A stretch of DNA of 32,000 nt, taken from Streptococcus rubneri (GTDB taxonomy: Bacteria > Bacillota > Bacilli > Lactobacillales > Streptococcaceae). How positions within the stretch are numbered: position 1 is the stretch's first letter; every line of letters starts with the position of its first letter. Location of the stretch: the NCBI RefSeq assembly GCF_004785935.1, contig NZ_SRRP01000001.1, positions 1,504,753-1,536,752 of the forward strand. The letters run 5' to 3'. Made by a program: the position numbers and the translations under genes. The notes beneath the pieces are model-generated. The model was given only the letters and a program-made list of their open reading frames with translations. It had not been told where the DNA came from and searched no databases. Below are positions 1 through 11,011 of this stretch, in pieces.

Positions 1-1103
1 CTAATGGCTTTGACCCCAAAGTGCAGAGCTTCTTCCTTGGGACTCATCTGAGGATGGTGGAGGGCATAAGGACTGTCCACTCCCAACCAGAACATGACCC
101 CATCCACTTTTGACAAGAGATAACCAAAATCCTCTCCGGTCATCGCGGGCAGGATATCAATCAGAGTCACATCTTCTGCTTGATCAAAGAAGGTCATCAG
201 TTCATCTGCCAAGTCCGGATTGTTTCCCACCGGCAAATAGCCCCCTTGCTTGAGTTCCAAGTCTATATCCATATCAAAAGTCGCTGCAACCCCTCTCGCA
301 ATCGTCTCGAGTCGCTTCTGGGTCAAGAGGTTCATTTCCATGGTCAGAGTCCGAATCGTCCCATGCAGAAAGGCCGTCTCCGCAATGACATTATTGGTCG
401 TTCCCGCATGCATGGAACCGAAGGTTACAACCGCTCCCTCGATAGGATCGACATTTCGGCTGACAATGGTTTGAACCTGGGTGACAAAATAGCTGGCAGC
501 GACTAAGGCATCCTTGGCTTCATGGGGAAAAGCGGCGTGTCCACCTTTTCCTTTAAAGGTCAGCTTCACTTCACAGGTCCCTGCAAAGAGCGTCCCACGA
601 TTGGTCGCAATCTCACCTACCTTTAGGTCTGGACGGACATGGAGACCGTAGAATTGATCAGGCAACCAATCTCCAAAGGCCCCATCCTCACACATGAGCA
701 TGCCTCCAGCTTCATTTTCCTCGGCCGGTTGAAAGAGGAATAAGAGATTGTTCTTCGGTTGTACTTGGACCAGTTGTTCCAACAAGCCCAAGGCCAGCGT
801 CATATGGACATCATGGCCACAGGCATGCATCCGACCTTCGTGGCGGGAGGCAAAGTCAAGACCAGTCTGCTCAACAATGGGCAGTCCATCGATATCCGTC
901 CGCCAGCCAATGGTCTTTTCGGGATTGGATCCCTTCAGAAAAACCAGGATCCCCGTCCGCCAGGTCCGTTGCTCGACGAATTCTTTTCCCTCGGTGATTT
1001 CTGCGATGCGCTCCAAGAGATAGGCTTGTGTTTTAAATTCTTCTAGTCCAATTTCTGGGATTTGATGCAGGTCCCGCCGAATTTTTACTAAATCAAGTGT
1101 CAT
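1..1103 (-). CDS. M20-family N-acetyldiaminopimelate deacetylase (3' end outside window)
   Basis: Minus-strand reading from ATG at 1103 gives [33 protein letters not shown]...[17 protein letters not shown]...[21 protein letters not shown], the typical M20 amidohydrolase N-terminus; open to the left edge; next to the DapH-type acetyltransferase. Confidence 0.88.
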   Translation of the reverse strand, partial: MTLDLVKIRRDLHQIPEIGLEEFKTQAYLLERIAEITEGKEFVEQRTWRTGILVFLKGSNPEKTIGWRTDIDGLPIVEQTGLDFASRHEGRMHACGHDVHMTLALGLLEQLVQVQPKNNLLFLFQPAEENEAGGMLMCEDGAFGDWLPDQFYGLHVRPDLKVGEIATNRGTLFAGTCEVKLTFKGKGGHAAFPHEAKDALVAASYFVTQVQTIVSRNVDPIEGAVVTFGSMHAGTTNNVIAETAFLHGTIRTLTMEMNLLTQKRLETIARGVAATFDMDIDLELKQGGYLPVGNNPDLADELMTFFDQAEDVTLIDILPAMTGEDFGYLLSKVDGVMFWLGVDSPYALHHPQMSPKEEALHFGVKAI

Positions 1104-1166
1104 ATCAGTCTTCCTCTTTTGAGAAGAAGCCGAGGTATCCCCCAGCTTCCTTTTCTTATTCCTCTA

Positions 1167-1865
1167 TTATAGGTTACGCAAGGCATCCTCAAGTGCTGTT
1201 TTTTGTTGCGTCTGTTCGTCAATCGTCTTGATCACGCGCGCAGGCACACCTGCTACCACAACATTTTCAGGCACATCCTGCGTTACAATAGCCCCTGCCG
1301 CTACGACAGAGCCATTGCCAACTTGAACCCCTTCGATGACGACAGCATTGGCACCCACCAAGACATTATCCCCGATACGAACTGGTTCTGCAGAGGCTGG
1401 CTCAATCACACCGGCAAGGACTGCTCCTGCTCCGATATGGCTGTTTTTACCAACCGTTGCACGGCCACCAAGAATAGCTCCCATATCGATCATGGTCCCC
1501 GCACCGATTTCAGCCCCGATATTGATGACCGCTCCCATCATAATCACCGCATTGTCTTCAATGGTCACCTGGTCTCGAATGATCGCACCAGGTTCAATCC
1601 GGGCATTCAAATAGCGCTTGTCTAGCAAAGGCACTGCCGAATTACGCCCATCTTGCTCTATGATATAATCTTTATTTTCTGTTAAGTTGGCAAGAAGGGG
1701 CTCAATCTCTTTCCAGTCTCCAAATAGGATATTGCCTAGTTTTACAACGGATGCTGGAAGATCTCCTGTCAATTCCCCTTCAAAGGTTACTTTTACATTT
1801 GTTTTCTTTTCTGCATTGCCGATAAAGGCGATAATCTCTTGTGCAGTCATTTTTTGTGCAGTCAT
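1167..1865 (-). CDS. dapH: 2,3,4,5-tetrahydropyridine-2,6-dicarboxylate N-acetyltransferase
   Basis: 232 aa with left-handed beta-helix hexapeptide repeats ([60 protein letters not shown]); upstream of the deacetylase in the same direction. Confidence 0.92.
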   Translation of the reverse strand: MTAQKMTAQEIIAFIGNAEKKTNVKVTFEGELTGDLPASVVKLGNILFGDWKEIEPLLANLTENKDYIIEQDGRNSAVPLLDKRYLNARIEPGAIIRDQVTIEDNAVIMMGAVINIGAEIGAGTMIDMGAILGGRATVGKNSHIGAGAVLAGVIEPASAEPVRIGDNVLVGANAVVIEGVQVGNGSVVAAGAIVTQDVPENVVVAGVPARVIKTIDEQTQQKTALEDALRNL

Positions 1866-2074
1866 GTCAGTACCTCTTGTTCTATGTAGTCAGTCCTCTA
1901 GGAAGATAGGCTCCTTTTAAACTCTTTGATTTTACTATTATAGCATAATTTGTGATATTTCTTTCTCATCCAAAGATTTCATCACAGGGGAGCGTTCTGG
2001 ACCAATAGAGACAAGCAGAGAGGCTAGATTTTTTTGACAACCTCTAAATAGGTAATCTAAGATGATTTCATTGA

Positions 2075-2989
2075 TTATGATTTATCCTCAACACTCCTTA
2101 TACTTTTCAAACGAAATTTTCCCTCAGTTTCATCAAAAGACATGAAGACGTTCATCTTATCCGTTGTAGTATAGACGATTGTAATTCGTTTGACTCCCCC
2201 AATAGCATAATTATTATGCATAAAGTCAGGAGTTCCTAATTCTTTTACAGCTTCTGTCAACTCTAGACCTTCTTCAGACGAAGCTTGCATGGCCTCATAG
2301 TCTTTACTTGTTTTCGTGACTTCTCTCCTATGACTTTTCCTAGTATAATAGGTTACACTACTGAGTTCCATACGATCTTTTTCTTTCTGAAAATTAAGAG
2401 ACAGGTGACCTGTATCCCCGACGAGATCATATTCTAATCCGATTCTCTGGCTACCGTCGGAGCTAGAGGACAGGTGACCAGAGACCGCTTTTCCAATCTG
2501 ATCGACAATCTGCTCTGGCGTTACATTAGGTTCATTCGCTTTTCTCACTAAAGAAATGAAATCCTCTATGGACAGTTCGATTCTATGTTCTTTGTCAATA
2601 TAAGGAGAATCCGCTCCAAAAAATGTAAATTCAGTTTTTACGGATGAATCTGTTGGGACCTTCCCAGTCTTTTTAGTGGTTGAATAGGAATCTCTTTGAT
2701 GGGAAAGGTATTTTACATAGTGGAGAGCCCCACGAAAAAGACACACAATGACGACAAGACCTATCCCAACCTTCAGAAGACCACTGTGACGAGAAAACCA
2801 GGATTCTTTGAACTGGCCTATTTGGGCTGCGTATACTCGATCTGATTTCGAATATTTTTCTTCCTCAAATTGATCTTTGGATTCAAATACCTCTCCTTGT
2901 GGTTGACCTTCTGAAAACACCTCCGGTACTTTTTTATTCCCCCCTGGCACTTTTGACCACTCTCGTTGAATTTTTCTACCTTTTCTCAT
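2075..2989 (-). CDS. Hypothetical membrane-anchored protein, paralogue of 3060-3986
   Basis: 304 aa; N-terminal MRKGRKIQREWSKVPGGNK motif, one TM segment (LLKVGIGLVVIVCLFRGALHYV), extracellular C-terminal domain. Confidence 0.75.
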   Translation of the reverse strand: MRKGRKIQREWSKVPGGNKKVPEVFSEGQPQGEVFESKDQFEEEKYSKSDRVYAAQIGQFKESWFSRHSGLLKVGIGLVVIVCLFRGALHYVKYLSHQRDSYSTTKKTGKVPTDSSVKTEFTFFGADSPYIDKEHRIELSIEDFISLVRKANEPNVTPEQIVDQIGKAVSGHLSSSSDGSQRIGLEYDLVGDTGHLSLNFQKEKDRMELSSVTYYTRKSHRREVTKTSKDYEAMQASSEEGLELTEAVKELGTPDFMHNNYAIGGVKRITIVYTTTDKMNVFMSFDETEGKFRLKSIRSVEDKS

Positions 2990-3059
2990 TTCACTCTCTC
3001 TTATTCTCGTTTCTCAGGATGTAAAAAAATCTGAGCGAGACTCCTCCTTCTCCCCTTAG

Positions 3060-3971
3060 TTATTCTTCTTTATCCTCTATTTTCGTCATATTTCCCAAAC
3101 GGAAAACCTCTCCATCTTGATCAAAATACAAGGTGACTCGCATCTCATCACTTGCTTTATAGGAGATGGCAATTTGAGCCTCCGTCCCAGGTAAAAAACT
3201 AGAATAGAGCCAATTTGGTACTCCCAATTCTTTTATAGCTTCCATCAACTCCATCCCCTCTTGTCCTGGCTGAGGAATAAGAGCACTATACTCATCACTG
3301 GTTTTTGTAGTTGGTTTTCTCTGACTTTCTAGGGTAAAATACTGAATCGAATGTAGAAGGAGGCGATTCTCCTTTTCACTAAAATTAAAGTCCACTACTG
3401 CTCTATTATCGGTAAGGATATACGTCAATATACTTCCTCGACTACCATCAGGGTCTATACTCACATATCCATCTTTTGCTTTTCCTAATTGCTTGACAAT
3501 ATCATCCATAGTAAGGTTAGCATCATTAATTTTTCTAATGTAAGCGACAACCTCCTCTATATCGATATCAATTTTATGATTTCGGTCTTTATAGGGGGAG
3601 TTTTCGTTAAAAAGGTTTTTAAACTCCTTATCTGATAAACGAGTCTCTGTTCCCTTGCTTAATTTTACAGAGTGAGAATCATTCATAGGTGATTTTACAT
3701 ATCGAGTAACTAGGTTAAAAAGGAACAAGAGGATGAGACCTCCTATCGCTAGCTTGAATAAAGTAGCAAAACGAGCTAAGTAGGACTTCTTAAGCACACT
3801 TTTTTGAAGATTCTCTCCACCATTTCGAGTCCCTGTTCTTGCTTCTTTTACCCTGCTTGGTAGTTCCGTCCTATCACTCTGAAGATCACTTTTTGGAGAG
3901 ACCTCTGAAGAGCTGTTATTTCCACCTGGGACTTTTGACCATTCTCGTTGAACTTTTCTTCCTTTTCCCAT
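3060..3971 (-). CDS. Hypothetical membrane-anchored protein, paralogue of 2075-2989
   Basis: Same architecture; likely start is the internal MGKGRKVQREWSKVPGGNN (track ORF begins 5 codons earlier at 3986); TM segment LFKLAIGGLILLFLFNLV. Confidence 0.75.
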   Translation of the reverse strand: MGKGRKVQREWSKVPGGNNSSSEVSPKSDLQSDRTELPSRVKEARTGTRNGGENLQKSVLKKSYLARFATLFKLAIGGLILLFLFNLVTRYVKSPMNDSHSVKLSKGTETRLSDKEFKNLFNENSPYKDRNHKIDIDIEEVVAYIRKINDANLTMDDIVKQLGKAKDGYVSIDPDGSRGSILTYILTDNRAVVDFNFSEKENRLLLHSIQYFTLESQRKPTTKTSDEYSALIPQPGQEGMELMEAIKELGVPNWLYSSFLPGTEAQIAISYKASDEMRVTLYFDQDGEVFRLGNMTKIEDKEE

Positions 3972-3989
3972 TTCTTCTCCTCCCAAACA

Positions 3990-4739
3990 TTAACCTAAAC
4001 GGCTAGCTGGTGCCACGCCGACTTGGCCTTTTCTCAACAAAACATACGATCCGTCAACTTTTTCAATTTCTAACACATATTCTTGAGCCTTTTCGTCCCG
4101 ATAGACTAGGTGGAAACCCGCTTGGTCGGTCTCAACCTGACGCAAGATAAGAGTCTGAAGACCTTTATAGGACTGGAGGAGCTTGGCAAGATCCATCTCT
4201 TCTCCTACTTCAATCCCATTAAATACTTTTTCAGAAAAGACCTCTTGCTTCTCCTTTTTGGTTAGGGCTTGGCTGGCATCCACTTCAGAGAGTAGATAGC
4301 TACCATCCCTTCCTTTGGTAAACAACAAACGAAGAGCACAAGGAGCACCATCTGTCTCTCGACGATAAAGTAAGGACAGAGTGGTTTTTGGATCAGTATT
4401 AGACTGCATCAGGATCTTTTCCTGGGGATGTCCCATCTTCATTAAGATGGTCTCTAAGCAATTTCCGACTTGTTTCACCTTACCATTGCGATCCCGAAGG
4501 AGAATTTCTAGGTCAGTTAGCTGATCCAAGGTCCAAGATTTCGTTTTCTTAGTCGATGTTCCTTGTAAGAAACGATCTCCTTGAAACTCTTTTACCTGAA
4601 AAGCCGATAAACGATTGATTTCAGCCTGCTCTTTGGGACTCCCCTGATCATGGGTCAGAACCTGGAGGCCCCACCCCATGAAAAGAGATGCGAGCAAGAG
4701 AATGACCACTTTTATGTATTTTATGTTCTTATCTATCAT
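3990..4739 (-). CDS. Hypothetical protein with N-terminal TM anchor
   Basis: 249 aa; YIKVVILLLASLFMGWGLQVL TM/signal segment, extracellular domain; 3 nt from the neighbouring track ORF. Confidence 0.7.
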   Translation of the reverse strand: MIDKNIKYIKVVILLLASLFMGWGLQVLTHDQGSPKEQAEINRLSAFQVKEFQGDRFLQGTSTKKTKSWTLDQLTDLEILLRDRNGKVKQVGNCLETILMKMGHPQEKILMQSNTDPKTTLSLLYRRETDGAPCALRLLFTKGRDGSYLLSEVDASQALTKKEKQEVFSEKVFNGIEVGEEMDLAKLLQSYKGLQTLILRQVETDQAGFHLVYRDEKAQEYVLEIEKVDGSYVLLRKGQVGVAPASRLG

Positions 4740-4748
4740 CCCTAACCT

Positions 4749-5486
4749 CTATCCCATTTTACTGAGCTGATACGCCTTGTTTGCTTGTGCCTGTAAGGTA
4801 AGAAAGACCATTCCATCTTGGGTCCGATAGGTCAGCGTCAAAAAAGTCTTTCCTTCCTTTCTATTGAGGCCTAGTGATTGTGGCAATCCGACTTGCTTCA
4901 AAATTTCTTCTAGTCCGGTTCCAGTTTTTTGATTCTCTTTCCCAACTGTAAAACTACCAAAAGCCGTTTTTTTCAGTGGATGCATCTGTGAATAATTCGT
5001 CGATACTGGTTGATAAGCCTGTAAGGCTGTGAGGAGATAAGTTCCATTAATGGAGGTAAATTCAAATTGGTATTGGTCGCGCCCATCCACTGTCGTCCCA
5101 TAAGTCAAACGAAGGATTTGAGAAATAGGTGTTGTTTCAAGACGTGCTTGCTTAGCCCAGCCTAGCATCTTAACCAGTTCATTCGGTGTCATCCCCTTCT
5201 CTGCTTTTTCAAGGGGCATCTCCACAAGCTTCAGAAATAAAATTTCTTCTAATTGGACCTCCATTTCTGGAGTAGCATCCGTAGCGACTAGGTCTCTCAG
5301 CTGTTTTTCTTCACTGGCAAAGCTAACTTGTTGGTCTGCTTTCAAGCAGTTCTCTTTCCTTCCCAGACCAGCCAGGACATATCCCAAAATAACAAACCCA
5401 AGAAGGAGGATATAAAACCCCCGCTTCCCTGTAAGAGCCCCTACTTTTTCCCAAGCAACTCTTAGTTTTTCGATTGTTTTATCCAT
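4749..5486 (-). CDS. Hypothetical protein with N-terminal TM anchor
   Basis: 245 aa; GFYILLLGFVILGYVLAGLG TM; extracellular part of similar layout; first gene of the putative four-gene operon. Confidence 0.7.
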   Translation of the reverse strand: MDKTIEKLRVAWEKVGALTGKRGFYILLLGFVILGYVLAGLGRKENCLKADQQVSFASEEKQLRDLVATDATPEMEVQLEEILFLKLVEMPLEKAEKGMTPNELVKMLGWAKQARLETTPISQILRLTYGTTVDGRDQYQFEFTSINGTYLLTALQAYQPVSTNYSQMHPLKKTAFGSFTVGKENQKTGTGLEEILKQVGLPQSLGLNRKEGKTFLTLTYRTQDGMVFLTLQAQANKAYQLSKMG

Positions 5487-5605
5487 TCCTCTTACCTAGA
5501 GACTGTACTCCCTCTTCTTACCTCTCTATTCATAGTAGATCTCTCCTTACTATACCATAAATCATTAAGGGTCGCCACCTCCTCCTCTTTTAAGATCTTG
5601 GTAAA

Positions 5606-5638
5606 CAAAAAAACGACCTCTTGTGAGATCGTTTTTTC
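5606..5638 (-). terminator. Rho-independent terminator downstream of pgi
   Basis: Inverted repeat AAAAAACGA...TCGTTTTTT right after the pgi stop. Confidence 0.7.
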
Positions 5639-5644
5639 TATTGA

Positions 5645-6994
5645 TTAAAGGCGAGCGTTGAGTTCTTTGCTCAATTCTTCAAATCCTGGTTTACCAAGGA
5701 GGGCGAACATGTTACGTTTGTATGCTTCAACACCTGGTTGGTCAAATGGGTTGATGGCATTCAAGTAACCTGAAAGGGCGATGGCCAATTCGAAGAAGTA
5801 GATGGTGTAACCAAGAGTGAAGGCATCTTGCTCAGGAAGAGTCACGTACATGTTTGGCACGTCACCGTCTGTGTGGGCAAGAAGAACACCGTCAGTCGCT
5901 TTTTTATTAACGAAGTCAACGTCTTTTCCTTGAAGATATCCAAGTCCGTCAAGGTCCTCTTCCAAAGTAGGGATGATCACATTCTTACGTGGTTTGTCAA
6001 CACGTACAACTGTTTCAAACATGATACGAGTTCCTTCTTGGATAAATTGACCCAATGAATGCAAGTCTGTTGAGAAGTTAGCTGAAGTTGGGTAGATCCC
6101 TTTTTGGTCTTTCCCTTCTGACTCACCAGCCAATTGTTTCCACCATTCTGAGAAGTATTGAAGGGATGGCTCGTAGTTTACCAAGATTTCAGTTGCATAC
6201 CCTTTACGGTAAAGAATGTTACGAACTGCTGCATATTGGTAAGCTTCATTTTCAGCAATCTTATCTGAAGTGTAGTCTTTGCGAGCTGCATTAGCACCTT
6301 CCATAAGGGCTTTGATGTCTGCACCTGATGCAGCGATTGGAAGCAATCCAACTGCGGTCAACACTGAGAAACGTCCACCAATGTCATCTGGAACCACAAA
6401 TGTTTCCCAACCGTTAGCATCTGCTTCAACCTTAACAGCACCTTTTTGGCGGTCAGTAGTTGCGTAGATCCGTTTGTTAGCTTCTTCTTGTCCGTATTTC
6501 TTCACCAAAAGTTCTTTGAAGACACGGAAAGCGATAGCTGGTTCAGTTGTTGTACCTGATTTAGAAATCACGTTTACTGAGAAGTCTTTATCTGCAACGT
6601 ACTCTACCAAGTCAGCAAGGTAAGTAGATGAGATGGAGTTCCCAGCGTAAAGGATTTGTGGTGCTTTGCGTTCTTCTTTTGTTTGCAAGTTTGCAAAGTG
6701 GTGGTTCAAGAAGTCAATGGCAGCTTTCGCTCCAAGGTATGATCCACCGATACCGATCACGACCAAAACATCGCTGTCTGCTTTGATTTGTTCAGCAGCT
6801 TTCAAGATGCGGTCAAATTCTTCGCGGTCGTAGTTTTCAGGAAGGTCCAACCAACCCAAGAAGTCGCTACCAGCACCAGTTCCTTTACGGATCAATTCAT
6901 CTGCTGCTGTTACTTGTGCTTGCATGTATTCCACTTCATGCGGGGCAACAAATTTGTCTAATACTTTTGAATAATCAAATTTAATATGTGACAT
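5645..6994 (-). CDS. pgi: Glucose-6-phosphate isomerase
   Basis: 449 aa with phosphoglucose isomerase signatures ([66 protein letters not shown]). Confidence 0.97.
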   Translation of the reverse strand: MSHIKFDYSKVLDKFVAPHEVEYMQAQVTAADELIRKGTGAGSDFLGWLDLPENYDREEFDRILKAAEQIKADSDVLVVIGIGGSYLGAKAAIDFLNHHFANLQTKEERKAPQILYAGNSISSTYLADLVEYVADKDFSVNVISKSGTTTEPAIAFRVFKELLVKKYGQEEANKRIYATTDRQKGAVKVEADANGWETFVVPDDIGGRFSVLTAVGLLPIAASGADIKALMEGANAARKDYTSDKIAENEAYQYAAVRNILYRKGYATEILVNYEPSLQYFSEWWKQLAGESEGKDQKGIYPTSANFSTDLHSLGQFIQEGTRIMFETVVRVDKPRKNVIIPTLEEDLDGLGYLQGKDVDFVNKKATDGVLLAHTDGDVPNMYVTLPEQDAFTLGYTIYFFELAIALSGYLNAINPFDQPGVEAYKRNMFALLGKPGFEELSKELNARL

Positions 6995-7163
6995 AGTATT
7001 CCTCCAATATTTCTTCTCCTCTATGATATCGCTTTACAGGGATTTAATCAAGGGAAACCGTCTTGTAAAACGTTTTCATTTGCTAATTTTTTTATTTTCA
7101 TAAATCAAGCAACGACGCAATAGCAATCGTTTGCATATACAGATTTATTTTAAGCGGAACAGA

Positions 7164-7191
7164 CAAAAAAAGAAGCTTCTTCCGAAGCTCC
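7164..7191 (-). terminator. Rho-independent terminator (minus strand)
   Basis: Minus strand reads GGAGCTTCGGAAGAAGCTTCTTTTTTT. Confidence 0.65.
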
Positions 7192-7221
7192 ATTTTCACG
7201 CTATTATTCTTTGAAACCGCT

Positions 7222-7302
7222 AATGAATTTCAGTTAAGCAGTTTAAAACAGTAGCTGTTTGCTCAAAGCATTTCTTTGAGGTAGCGGATAAGACTTGCAG
7301 GC
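7222..7302 (-). repeat. BOX-like interspersed repeat (diverged)
   Basis: TTTGCTCAAAGCATTTCTTTGAGGTAGCGGATAAGACTTGC resembles the pneumococcal BOX core as I remember it (..TTGCTCAAAGCACTGCTTTGAGGTTGCAGATAAAGCTGAC..); contains inverted repeat CTCAAAG/CTTTGAG. Confidence 0.4.
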
Positions 7303-7738
7303 TTGTTTCGTTAAGGTACTTTATCGGCGACTAATCGTTCATCCCCAAATAAATTTTAGTTAAGCAATTTAACGCAGTAGCTGATTTGTTTCTTCTTTCG
7401 CTTTTTAAGCTCAGAAGAAAACATAATCAGCTTTGCGGGGATGGAACTACGAACAAACGTTCTGTTTCACTCCCATCCATTGCTCTAGGATTCGTCTACA
7501 TCCCTTGAACTTGACTCTATAGATATTTCGGAACGTAGTTCTCGCTTTGCTCGAACTGCGTCAATGTACCTAAGTTCATCCGCGTCCGTTGGACTTGATT
7601 CACTAAGGTACATAGAAAAAGAGCACACAGTTCACTTCGCTTAGGGCTGCTGGATTCCTCCCCTGACCCGCTTCACGCAGAACTGTTGCTCCGATAGGTA
7701 TTATATCATAATTTAGTCGATTTGCAAAGGACTGGTTT

Positions 7739-8305
7739 TTATTCTTGTGTTTCAGTCTTGGCTGCGAGCTTAGCTTGTTTTTTTCGTTCCCGCCCTTGGC
7801 GGAAAAAGGTCTGCATAATGGCTGCACATTCTGTTTCCAAGATTCCTGTTTCTACTTCGACTCGGTGATTGAGACGTTCATCTGTCAAAATGTCGTAGAG
7901 ACTCCCTGCTCCACCGAACTTCTGATTGGTCGCACCATAAATCACCTGGGGAATTCGAGCCAGTCCAATGGCGCCACTGCACATGACACAGGGTTCAATG
8001 GTCACAAAAAGAGTCGTATCCAGCAATCTCCAACTCTCTTCCTGCTGATTAGCTTCTTCGATCGCCATCACCTCTGCATGCATGATGGCCCGCTGCAATT
8101 CTTCTCGCGCGTTGTGGCCACGTCCAATGATCTCGCCGTCTTTGACAATGACACAGCCAATAGGAATTTCCTCATGGGCCAAGGCGATTTCTGCCTCTTT
8201 CAGTGCCTCCCGCATAAAGGATTCTTTCTCCTCAATCGTGTAGTCTCTCACCCTGTCTCCTCTCAATCTCCTCATTTCTAGTTCTATTATATGATGAAGA
8301 CACAA
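7739..8305 (-). CDS. tadA: tRNA adenosine(34) deaminase
   Basis: 188 aa; deaminase zinc motifs HAEVMAIEEA and PCVMCSGAIGLARI; next to purA. Confidence 0.95.
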   Translation of the reverse strand: MCLHHIIELEMRRLRGDRVRDYTIEEKESFMREALKEAEIALAHEEIPIGCVIVKDGEIIGRGHNAREELQRAIMHAEVMAIEEANQQEESWRLLDTTLFVTIEPCVMCSGAIGLARIPQVIYGATNQKFGGAGSLYDILTDERLNHRVEVETGILETECAAIMQTFFRQGRERKKQAKLAAKTETQE

Positions 8306-8436
8306 AAAAAGCCACCTATGGGTGACTTCTTATAGGGAGGTATTATGAAAAAAAGTTTGGATTCTAAACAAAGTTAGGAGGTATTTGTTTATGATCCTAG
8401 TATAAACCACAGGACTTAAAGTAATCTTAAGAAGAA

Positions 8437-8464
8437 AAAAGTTGAGAGAGAACTCCCAACTTTT
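8437..8464 (-). terminator. Candidate terminator downstream of purA
   Basis: Inverted repeat AAAAGTTGagag...ctccCAACTTTT just past the purA stop. Confidence 0.6.
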
Positions 8465-8470
8465 ATTTGA

Positions 8471-9772
<1,302 letters not shown>

Positions 9773-9780
9773 TCATATAC

Positions 9781-9844
9781 CATAGATAGTTGCCTATCTA
9801 TGCCTTTCTTCAAACTAAGGGCAGGAGTCTCACCTGCAAGTTTG
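9781..9844 (-). promoter_or_regulatory. Structured 5' leader of purA (two stem-loops)
   Basis: Inverted repeats CATAGATAG/CTATCTATG (9781-9802) and CAAACT..GCAGG/CCTGC..AGTTTG (9811-9844) between predicted promoter and start codon. Confidence 0.55.
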
Positions 9845-9855
9845 TCTTACACTCT

Positions 9856-9884
9856 ATTATAAGAAATTTCCTCGTTTTTTTCAA
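9856..9884 (-). promoter_or_regulatory. Sigma-A type promoter of purA
   Basis: Minus strand TTGAAA - 17 nt - TATAAT. Confidence 0.7.
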
Positions 9885-10138
9885 GGTTGGCTATTTCTTT
9901 GCTTGGTTTTTTACCCTTAAAATCCGCTTCTCATTTTCCGAACATCCATCTTTTGATCGTCATTTTTAACGTTAAAGAATGATTGTTCGTCTTTTGCCTT
10001 CTTTACTTCCTAAAACAGATCCTATTCTATTCAGTTTCTAAGCGAAGCTCTCCCCTGAAAGATTTTATCCCTTCACCGTCTAAATAAATCAAGTTACTCC
10101 CTTCACCTCTTTTCCTTTTTTATGCTAAAATAGAAGCT

Positions 10139-11011
10139 ATGGACAAAATTATTAAAACTATCTCAGAAAGTGGCTCCTTCCGTGCCTTTGTACTAGACAG
10201 TACTGAGACCGTGCGAGCAGCCCAAGAATACCATCAAACACAAGCAAGCTCAACAGTGGCCCTCGGTCGAACCCTCATCGCTAGTCAAATTCTGGCAGCC
10301 AACGAAAAGGGAAACACCAAGATGACGGTGAAAATCCTCGGTACTAGCTCACTGGGTGCTATTATCACTGTGGCAGATACACAAGGAAACGTCAAAGGCT
10401 ACGTGCAAAATCCTGGTGTGGATATCAAGAAAACAGCGACCGGTGAAGTTGTGGTCGGACCATTTGTCGGAAATGGGGAATTCTTAGTGATTACCGACTA
10501 TGGCACAGGCAATCCTTACCACTCCATGACGCCCCTGGTCACTGGAGAAATCGGTGAAGACCTGGCTTATTACTTGACTGAAAGCCAACAAACCCCATCT
10601 GCAGTTGGACTCAATGTCCTACTTGATGAAGAAGACAAGGTCAAGGTTGCGGGTGGTTTCTTGGTCCAGGTCTTGCCAAATGCCAAGGAAGAAGAAATTG
10701 TCCGCTTCGAAAAACGGATCCAAGAAATGCCAGCCATTTCTACTCTTTTAGCCTCTGACGACCATATTGAATCCCTTCTTGCTGCCATCTATGGCGAAGA
10801 GCCATACAAACGTCTCTCTGAAGATGAACTTCGTTTCCAATGCGACTGTAGCAAGGAACGCTTCATGGATGCCCTGGCTAGCTTACCAGTCAAAGACCTT
10901 CAAGAAATGAAGGACGAAGACCATGGCGCTGAAATTACTTGCCAATTCTGTCAGACAACGTACCACTTTGATGAAAACGACTTGGAGGAACTCATTCGTG
11001 ACAAATCTTAA
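10139..11011 (+). CDS. hslO: Hsp33 redox-regulated chaperone
   Basis: 290 aa; [22 protein letters not shown]-terminus and C-terminal zinc motif CDCSKE...CQFC. Confidence 0.96.
   Translation: MDKIIKTISESGSFRAFVLDSTETVRAAQEYHQTQASSTVALGRTLIASQILAANEKGNTKMTVKILGTSSLGAIITVADTQGNVKGYVQNPGVDIKKTATGEVVVGPFVGNGEFLVITDYGTGNPYHSMTPLVTGEIGEDLAYYLTESQQTPSAVGLNVLLDEEDKVKVAGGFLVQVLPNAKEEEIVRFEKRIQEMPAISTLLASDDHIESLLAAIYGEEPYKRLSEDELRFQCDCSKERFMDALASLPVKDLQEMKDEDHGAEITCQFCQTTYHFDENDLEELIRDKS

Noticed and set aside
180-1046. Plus-strand ORFs (180-506, 250-474, 748-1023, 759-1046)
   Set aside because: Antisense to the M20 deacetylase, whose minus-strand frame is continuous and motif-rich.
1203-1920. Plus-strand ORFs opposite dapH
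   Set aside because: Complement of the hexapeptide-repeat coding sequence; no independent support.
7603-7827. 74 aa minus ORF between pgi and tadA
   Set aside because: Overlaps the tadA 3' end and the repeat-rich gap; low-complexity, no SD or family match.
7745-8281. 178 aa plus ORF opposite tadA
   Set aside because: Shadow of the tadA frame.
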